This document shows positions 38,387 through 47,288 of a DNA stretch of 47,288 nt, piece after piece. Under the pieces are notes generated by a model. The model had not been told where the DNA came from. It saw only the letters and a program-made list of their open reading frames with translations, and ran no database searches. Position numbers and translations under genes: made by a program. The stretch lies in assembly GCA_910592345.1 (NCBI GenBank), contig CAJVPI010000165.1:1-47288 (forward strand), given 5' to 3'. How positions within the stretch are numbered: position 1 is the first letter of the stretch; each line of letters begins with the position of its first letter. This DNA is from Paraglomus brasilianum (Eukaryota).

Positions 38387-39688
38387 ATGGGCGATCCAAA
38401 CACTAGCGACTGGTTAAAATCGCAGCAAAAGGCCTCCCGCAAGGCGCGCTGGTTAGTAGGCTGTCTCGGATTACTAGTCCTCCTTGGTATTGTCGGGGGC
38501 GTGGCCTATGCTGTCGTCAGCAAGTCGAGCAACCCGCAGAACAGTGTTACTGATACCGGAGGCGGCAACGGCGGCGGCAGCAACGGCTCCAATGGACCCT
38601 TGGGTGGCAACGGTGGCAACGGTAGCACTGGTGTTGATCCCAATGGAAATACAGTTTATTTCACTTGGGACCACAAGCCTGTCAACCTTACAATTACTCC
38701 TAATCCAGCTTTGAAGAAATCATTCTGGGGAATCAATTATGGTCCCGTCAATGCTACTTACCCTTGGTGCGGCAACACACTTGGAGATGTGATAGAAGAC
38801 ATTAAGCTACTATCACAGCTCACTTCACGTATTAGGTTGTATGGAATGGACTGCCAGATGGCAAACATGACCATTTGGGCCATCAAGATTCTTAACGTTA
38901 ACATGACGGTCGTTCCTACCATCTGGGTTGACAATAATGCAACGACGTATAAAAGGCAGTACGACAGTCTATTTACCCTCATCAATGATCATGGGGTAGA
39001 CAAAATCGATGGTGTTTCGGTCGGTAATGAAGGTAAGGTTTGATACCGTGAAATCAATATATGTATAAACCATTAGCAGTACAAAACTTTCTCATCTTGG
39101 AAAAATTTGCATTCACCTTGTATAGTTATCTTCCGCAAAGAGATCCCCACACAAGATCTGTTTGCCCGCATTGCAGACGTTCGTCAGAAAGTGAACACAC
39201 TCCCCAACGTCAAAAAGAAGGTTCCTGTGTTCACATCCGATCTCGGTTCAAACATAGATGATGCATTCGTTGCTGCATGCGATCTCGCGTTTGCTAATGT
39301 TCATCCATACTTTGGTGGAGTACCGGCTCAACAAGGTGCTACCTGGACGTTCCAATTCTTCCAAGACAATGACGTTACTCCTGCAGCAAAAGCTGGCAAA
39401 GAAGCCATTATATCGGAAATTGGTTGGCCGACCGCTGGTGACCCCGAAAAGGGAGCGATTGCTAGTGTGCCAAATCTCAACGACTTTCTCGGACAGTTCC
39501 TCTGCGCCGCCAACACTAAACTGACAAAATATTACTATTTCGAGTCTTTTGACACACCATGGAAGACTGCAATGTTTACTCTTCTAGAGGGCAGCTGGGG
39601 TCTATTTACGCCTGATCGTAAGTTAAAGACTGGACTGACGATTCCCGATTGTGCACCAACGGCCCCAGGCTTTAAGGGTTTCTCTTAA
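38387..39688 (+). CDS. Glycoside hydrolase family 17 (beta-1,3-glucanase/transglucosylase) with N-terminal membrane anchor; exons 38387-39032 and 39126-39688
   Basis: Basic patch plus TM helix, Gly/Asn linker, IRLYGMDC, VSVGNE|VIFR (acid/base Glu), ANVHPYF, ISEIGWPT (nucleophile Glu), YYYFESFDTPWK and WGLF. Probable 5'UTR intron at 38202-38382. Confidence 0.95.
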
Positions 39689-41364
39689 TTGCTTTCCCTT
39701 GAAAAATGATGAAATTTTTCTCCTTTGTAATTAGATACGACGTATAATCAATAATTCTCGCATTAATTTATTTATTATATGAGCGGAAAACAACAACCAA
39801 TAATGTCGTTTGTTTGTTATTGAATAATAAATCAAGACACCTTTCTCTCAATCTACATAATATTAAGGCAGTCATATCTACAGACCCTTAAGGATAGACT
39901 AATTCGATGTAGAGATCTTTTATTTTTATCTCTGGTTAATTTTTGACCAATGCAATTTTCATCGTTTATAGAATGGATAAAGGGTATTCGACACGAAAAC
40001 AAAGTTCGAGCCCGATACCGTTTATAGAAAGATGAGAGATGTAAATTCGTATATACTGACGGAAACCGTATTTGTTCTTCTTAGTATGTAAATATACGGT
40101 GCGTGACGGATTAATAAAGTTCAAGCCAATTGATTATAGTCTTAAAGTTGCAATTGCTATTTTTAACAAAATATTCAACATGCTTGTACATATGTAATAG
40201 TTGGTTGTTGGTGTCAACAAATCTGATAACCTTTTAGAACGAAATCAATCGTCAAAATATAGCATACTTCTTTAAGTAAAGTACGTGTCCTATGTCAAAC
40301 AAAAAAAGCCGAGAACTCACCGCAAGGTCTCATGTATAGTACCTTTTGTATAACATACATAAGCATGTTAGCATTCCCTCTTATTCTACTGTTAACTCGT
40401 CCTTGTATGCTATAATTACAAGAGCTGATTATATTACATCGCAATTTGTTCTACTAGAATATTAATATGTGCGCATACACTAAATTGAGTCAACTGATAT
40501 TCTGCACCTCGCCGTTCGCTAATACTAAATATAATTAATTATGCGATACCCGCATTTGCCAAGCTTTTCGCGTGGTTTACATAACTATATTTGTTTAGTC
40601 AGCAGAAATGAATCACGTGCATATCAAAAAAGAGGATCCAACATACTGCATTATTATTATTGAGAGAGCCCCTCATTTTCATGTACCCGAATTTGATTTT
40701 TAACAATTGTAATGGGCAGTGTATTTTCAGGTGTTAATAATCAGCTAATTCTTACGATGCAAACATTATCAAATTCAGCTAGTTTTACTTTTAAACTGCT
40801 ATCATAAGTAAAAAATGATGCGTACCACAGAGTTATATCGTGTCGTTTGCTAAGCAAAAATTGTGGGTTCGACACAATGTAGAATAACATGGAGTCAGAT
40901 ATCTAAATTTTTCGTAAATATGAAATTTCTTTAAATATAGAAATAATTACTTTCAAAATCATTAATGAGGATAATCCATTTCTTTGGTTACTCTGGTGCA
41001 AATTTATATTTTATCTTCACCAACATTGATTGTTCTGTTCTTCGCGTATTTCAAGATCTGACGAATAAATTTTGTCAGATGACAGTTTTTTACTTCATCG
41101 TCTTACTTGAGGCTCTCGTATTGTGAAGTTGGTTATTACAATTGGGAAATAAACCAAGAAATAAAGGCAATCAATGCTCCGGAAGAAAATTCGCTTGTGA
41201 AAGTAAGCTCTTTTTCTTTTTCTTTTTTTGTAAAGTTTATTGATGAGATTGGTTCTTATTTTAAACAGACATGTTGTTAACAATATTTATTGCGCTGTGG
41301 TTGATTTTCTTTTGAACTATTACTGTTTTTATAATAACATCTTTGTCATACTATACTAATACAG

Positions 41365-41430
41365 GAAATGCAGAAGCAACAGCATTGGCAAAGGCTTCGG
41401 AATCAAATTCTTCTTTAACATCTCTAGTAT
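41365..41430 (+). pseudogene. Isolated RNI-like leucine-rich-repeat fragment
   Basis: After an AG acceptor it reads (G)NAEATALAKASESNSSLTSL, fitting G...A.ALA.AL..N.SLTSL. No continuation seen. Confidence 0.35.
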
Positions 41431-42514
41431 GCTCACTGGTCGTACGTTCAATATCGTATACGTAGATTTTCGATTACTAATTAAACTGCAGTATATACTT
41501 CTACAATTAGTCTCGATAGTCTGTAAGTACAATTGGGAAAATGCTTATACGAAAGAAAACGGTTTGTAGACAATAATTAGCAATCGTACTTGCCAACACG
41601 GAAATCAATGGACAAGATCAAGATCGACTCCTCTTGATAGCGAAACTTCGGTTTGCTATCAAGGCGATGAACCAAGAAATACTAATTATTTACTTATTTC
41701 CAATAAATATAATTTATTGAGTATCAAAGAGCTACTCTAATAATACAAGTAAACAAAAACTTGAAAATTTGATTGTGCTGCTAGCGGAAACTACAACTGC
41801 TTATGTACTTTCACAGATTACATTCTATTTTTAGAGACGATTAATTAAATATCGAAATGTACTGTGATTTTTTATCAGTACGCGGTTCTCGTCGCGATAC
41901 AGTCATTTCCCCCACTTGTATCACGGCTTGAGTGCTGGACGGATTTTCCCTATTGTAAATATACCTCAGTTGTATTCCACTCAGATTTCTCCCCTATCTA
42001 TATCCAATTTACACCTTCCCAACTTCCCAACTATATAGTAATCTATTATAAATATAACCTCAAGCGAAGGAGAGGAAGCACTTGTGACAGCTAAGAAGTT
42101 TTTAGGGCAAATGGAATTTATTAGCCAATAAAATTACGCGTTATTATCTATTAAACGCTATACCTCCACCTCGGATTTATCTTGGCTCCCGAAGTGTGAA
42201 TAATATTACTAGAATATTTGGTTTAACGAGGAAGTTGAATTAAGAGGTTTGAATTAAAGAGGTTGTCGATGTATAATAATCTATGTATTATCAAACGTTA
42301 AATAGTTTGAAAAAGTAAAATCACAAATTCTTTGCAACAAACTATTATGTAAAAAGTGAGTAATAGTAAGTAAATTAATAGGAAAAGGCACGATCAAGGA
42401 AAACTATAAAGTTGAGACTGTCAAATTTGATCTATATGGCTAGCGTACTCAAAGTTTTTGTAAAATTCTTACCAGATGTAAAACATTTTGGTTTTATGTT
42501 AATATCGAGATTTA

Positions 42515-43417
42515 GGGCCTCTCAACAGCTTGATGCCCCGATCAAATTTGGAAATCGATGATAAAAATGGAAGTTATTGGTGGAGGCATCAAGGGGTATC
42601 CCTAATTGGTAATTGTTTATTTTTCATATAATTCAAACTTTTGCCTGACATCTCATGATCGATGTGATGTGACGAGAGCAGTACATGTGATAGAACATAC
42701 ATTATTTATTGACTTGATTCAAGAAAAAAATTTTTTTTTTCATATTAATTGTAATGCCTAAGAAGCAAAAGACCTCGGATCTTTATCCACAACGTATGCG
42801 GGTTTGATTGATACAAATGATGATAATAATGTTGGAAGGTCTTCAATAAATCGTTTAGTAAAATGGGCGTGATCCTTAGCTAACACCAAACCTTGTTCTA
42901 GTTGGCGATATCCTAGAGGATTTACTAATCGTTGAATCACAATGCCAACTTGAATTTCAATAGGAGTTTGAGGTCGAAAAGGGTGGATAAATGGTTGGGA
43001 TGTTGCTGTAGGATACTAAGCAGTCGATTGAACGTAGATCGCAAATGCGAAAATGAGATTTAAAACTATTATATTCACTCTCATCATTAAGATATGGAAA
43101 TATGTCTGTCCAATAAGCCATTGTTTTTGGCCGAAATAAACGAGGTGTACGATTAATCCTTGACACATCGAATCAAACAGAAATGCTAATTAATCTTGCA
43201 TCAAATTCTTGTTTAGATTTTATTATTTCTGTTACTATGAAGGCAATAAGTCTTTTCCGGCTGATAGATAACATCATCATTAACAGCATAACAGCCTCAT
43301 GCGGAAGGGCGTTATTTATGCGCGTATGCTTAATTGCAGTCACATATGAATTTTATCATTTACTTTGTACGACTTCCAAATTTGATCGGGGTATCAAAGC
43401 TATTGAGAAGGAAGCCC
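42515..43417 (-). mobile_element. PIF/Harbinger deletion derivative (903 bp) with transposase N-terminal relic
   Basis: TTA TSD at 42512-42514 and 43418-43420. Imperfect ~45-bp TIRs GGGC...CCCGATCAAATTTGGAA. The minus strand reads YW...FKSHFR/SRSTFNRLL...QVGIVIQRLVNPLGYRQLEQ...HFTKRF, with frameshifts. The DDE core is absent. Confidence 0.88.
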
Positions 43418-45963
43418 TTAATTATAATTGCTAGATGCTCAGTTTAGGTATTAGTATGCAGTCTATAATCGGAATACGTTATTTAGTGTTTGTATCTTTT
43501 TAATCACGTGATTAAAAGTAAATCAAACACGTGCCCTGCGCGCTAAACTCAGGTGTTACGAACCATTACTAGTATTCCTAGTACTAGCTTTTGTCTTGGT
43601 ATGGTCGAAGTCACGCCCAATTATGAGCCATTAGTTACGTTCCTTAATAGACCGATTAGAAATTAATCTTTGACTGTGGATTGTTGTATCGCGTAAGAAC
43701 AAGAACAAGAACGCGTTATGTTACACGTGAAAGACATTCTCATCCAAGTCACGTGTTAATATTAAAAGTTAATTTCTTTACCCGCCATTTTTTTGTCAAC
43801 ATTCTTTCTGTTTTATCATTTAACAAATGCAAGGAAACTGGGAGACGCTTGAAGTATTGCCTTCACACAATCTCGTAGTTGTTCCGGAAAGCAATAAAGT
43901 CAGAGTACTCTTAAAATCACTGCCCTCGACAGATATTACTTTTGGATCAAAGATAGGAGAGTGTGGCGGCCTAAATCAAAGATGTAGAATCTATATACCG
44001 CCTGAAAAAGAGGACGTTATACCGAAACGTGCTGATCAGAGTAAGTTGCTTAGAAAATATGGTAGTGGAATATCGGGAATGTGAGGAGTTTAAGGCAAGG
44101 ATTGTTGTGCAGAAACAGTTAGCAAAAAGTATTAGGAGAATCCATTGGTTTAAGAATTGTCTGAATTTCCATCAAATTTCAACAGTTATCAAACTACCTC
44201 TTCCGGACAAGTTATTAGCGGAACTTTACAGAAAACGAGAGAAACATCTAACGGCGAAGGTAGAGAAGAAACAATTGACACCCCTTTTTATCGTATAAAT
44301 TGATCGAATTTCGACAAGTTCGCCAGGAATAGTATTGAACGCTAACTACTTCTCTAACCTTCCGTTCCCGGCCACGTAATTAACTGTACAGCCATTAGAA
44401 CCATTGATTCCAACAATCTTTGCAACGCTTAATACTAAATCACCGTCTAGTCCCACTACCTCATCTCCCCGCTCATCCTCATTCCCCAATCAAAACATGT
44501 CTCTGTCTCATTCATCGCCACACAGTCTGCCTGTTAAGCGCAATTCAGATACGGTGAAAGATGGCGAGGAAGGCAAGTCGGAAGAGGAATATATCACTCG
44601 TTTGTGGACCATGAGAGATGTTGCTTTGCGGCAAAGCGCATCACGAACGAACAGAGCGAGTAAGAGAAGTAGGAGGAGGTAGGAGGAGAAGGGAAAGGGG
44701 GGAATGAATGAAGGTAGGAGAAAACTTGAGAAGCTGTTTGCAATTTGGTGATTAAGGAAGTAGCAATATCAGATTGTAGAAAATAAGTATGTATATCTTA
44801 ATTTGTGGAAATTGTACAATCGACACTTAAAAAACAAAGGATTTAGCGTTTCTGCAGCCGACAGAACGACATGTCCAAAGAATAATAATAATGTAATTGA
44901 AACACTGCCATCGGATGAAAATTATGGAAGGGTATACTGTAAGCGAGCAAAATTATCTTGCAGCTAAATTTCCAAAGTCTGTTAGTCTGCATGAAAGGCT
45001 TAGTTACTTGGCAACAGATCATTTCGCAAAATTTCGAAAGTAATGGTCTTTTCAGCAGTGGTCATTGATTTGATTGTAAGGCGATTTCGTAGCTCATAAC
45101 AAATTCTGGTTAAAGCAATCTTATGTATATTGATTATTCGAAGCTCGACAGCTGTTCCTTTCTACGGTCTGGATATTTATCGATTGCCTAATTGCTGAAG
45201 ATTACATAACTGTGAGGGAAATTTACATTTACTGGATCAAAATGACTAAGCGGTCTATTGTCTCTACAGGAAAACGCATAACGGCTTAGGGGTAGGATCA
45301 TGTTGAGCGTAAAACTATAGTAGCAGATGTCCAAATCTTTTTGACAGACTTGTTAGTGTTTGGTCAACGGAATAGGGGATTTGATTATTGACTAACAGAT
45401 TTCTATTTATCATCGTGTGATTATTACTAAGAAAGGGGAATTCTCGGACTTTTTGGGTCACATTCTTATTATTGAAGAGAGCCATCCATTCTCTTGTAAG
45501 CAATAAATAAAAGACGTGCCTTATTATAACAATGCAATCATAATGGAGCTTTTGAAGATGGGTTGTCATGCGAACTCCACTCACATCAATGCGGGGAGTT
45601 ATTATTGACATTGAGGAAGGAATAAAAAGATTGCAGCCTTTCATTTATGTCACATACTAAAATGTTCACTTTGTCTGGTTTTGTTGCAGTCTCCCATATG
45701 TACGTGATAGCTTCGGGAAAGCTGTTGACCAATTGCAAGTAACCGAGATTTATAGTATGCAATTATAGGTTGTTGGAAAGTTGAGTTGCCACACCACATA
45801 AGCACACTAATATGACTGATTGAATAAACCCATGCCATTTGGACAACTACTTTTATGGATCATCCCATAATAATAATAATCAATCATCACATTTTCACAG
45901 TATGGGAAATGTAACCTATTGTATTATTGTAGCTTACTAGAAAGTTTCTTGATTATCAAATGA

Positions 45964-46046
45964 AGTATGAGTAATTGGAGTTTTGCGTTCCTTTATTTAG
46001 TAGCACCTACGATTGAACGCTAAAGGTGCTCAGTATGAGTAATTGG
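45964..46046. repeat. 53-bp insert between perfect 15-bp direct repeats; inverted homolog at 34592-34645
   Basis: AGTATGAGTAATTGG at 45964-45978 and 46032-46046. The insert matches the reverse complement of 34592-34645 with about 3 differences. Confidence 0.85.
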
Positions 46047-46179
46047 TACTGACCAACAAAAACTAGAAAAGGGAAACAATTATTCTCCCAGTCATGTGGC
46101 TAAATTCTGTGTCACACGTCACGAGATCAAGTATCATCAAATGTTAGAATTTCACATTTTCAATTCATTCTGTCATAAA

Positions 46180-47288
46180 ATGAATAGCTTAAAAGACGAA
46201 CTAGAGAAGTCAGGTTGGTAGGTTTATCAGAATTCTAATTAAAGCCATCGTTAATGCATGGGATGTATCATTGCAATTCTCAACTGCATATAAAACAAAC
46301 CTCCCCCTCTCTCTTCCAGGTTCCTAAACGAAGAAGGCATTTCTCAAATAGCTGATACGCTGGAATGCGACGTTGAAGCCCTTACAGTCCAACAAATTAT
46401 TGCAGAAGCTTTAAATGTTAATAAAACTTTCTCATAAATGATGTTTACAATGTCATCTTCTTGAACTCAGAGGGAGCTCGTCAATTCATTATTTTCCACA
46501 GACGGACCTTCGCCACATATCATCTGGTTCGTTACCACGAGATATCACAACAAAGTCTCATATTTCATCGCCATTAGTTCTCCAAATTCTCTCCATTACA
46601 AATCTGTCGACACCACAACAGAATCAGTCGAATTCTCCACGGCTTTTGCAAGTAGAGTTTACCGATGGAAAGAAGAAAGTCAAGGGGTTTGAAATGTTGG
46701 GAGAGATAGAAGGAATCACGTGAGTAACTTGTAAAAAGAGGGGAGAGTCAATTCCCAGGTGAGAAAAAAAAAGTATTGTATAATTAATAGTCGTTTATCT
46801 TAATTCTGTTGCTCAGCCTGAATACCCCGCCGGGCATAAAAGTCTCTGTTAAAAAGGATATCGCTATTCGGGACAATTTTCTTCTACTAGGACCTGGTAT
46901 GCTGAAAATTTTAGGAGGAGAAGTCGAGGAATTAACAAAAGAATGGAAGGCAGGAAAGGTCGTGATAAAAGCATGGTTCAAATCTTGGGGGAAACGTAGC
47001 TTAGTTCTATATCCGTTAACAAACGTTCGGAGAAAGTCTGGTTACGCGTTATTCTCCGAGCAAGGGTCTCGTCAATTGCGTTGCCTATAAGTAACAAATG
47101 ATTTCTTTTTTGTTTTCCATCTTACAGCAATTCATCAATCGCTCCCATAAAGGTGCAAAAAAAACGGGTAATACATCCATTCAAGAAGATGGACCTCCCC
47201 CGTTTATTCCCTTTACATCCGACGTTTGGAAACTCGTTTGTGGAGGTGGTGTTTGTGGAGTCTGTTCTGGTACCGGCCCTCTTTGTGA
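46180..47288 (+). CDS. TDRD3: TDRD3-like protein (RMI1-N/OB-fold topoisomerase III partner), 3'-incomplete
   Basis: Five spliced exons: MNSLKDELEKSGW|FLNEEGI...ALN|TDLRHI...PLVLQILSITNLSTP...PRLLQVEFTDG...|LNTPPGIKV...FLLLGP...LGGEVEELTKEW...|GPPPFIPF. The last motif is typical of TDRD3. Confidence 0.8.

Noticed and set aside
43827..44682. Cluster of 85-92-aa ORFs that could be a degraded gene
   Set aside because: No family motif recognised and no consistent splice model.
45000..45850. Possible retroelement or transposase relic on the minus strand (PIIAYYKSRLL)
   Set aside because: Single weak motif with no RT, RNase H or DDE context.

Overview
AT-rich, intron-rich eukaryotic DNA. Gene content (a BTB-BACK-TLDc family member, GH17, a Ran1/Pat1-like kinase) points to a Mucoromycota fungus, probably Glomeromycotina; this is inference. 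Apparently intact spliced genes: ubiquitin E1 UBA1 (18 exons), a Ran1/Pat1-family kinase, a class 3 lipase, a putatively N-acylated SAM methyltransferase, a trihelix/Myb-SANT protein and a membrane-anchored GH17. The 5' part of a TDRD3-like gene runs off the window end. Between them lie decayed genes and DNA-transposon debris: pogo/Tigger MITEs and relics, a Mutator-like MITE with an 8-bp TSD, and a PIF/Harbinger deletion derivative with a TTA TSD. The main hidden signal is two oppositely oriented, decayed copies of an IS607-like element. Copy 1 (23651-~25105, +) has relics of a serine-recombinase TnpA and the N-terminal part of a Fanzor2/TnpB-like RNA-guided nuclease. Copy 2 (~33070-33432, -) is a miniature with the same left end, the RuvC-I motif and a candidate right end/omegaRNA. 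All family calls come from motif recognition by eye; no searches were run.
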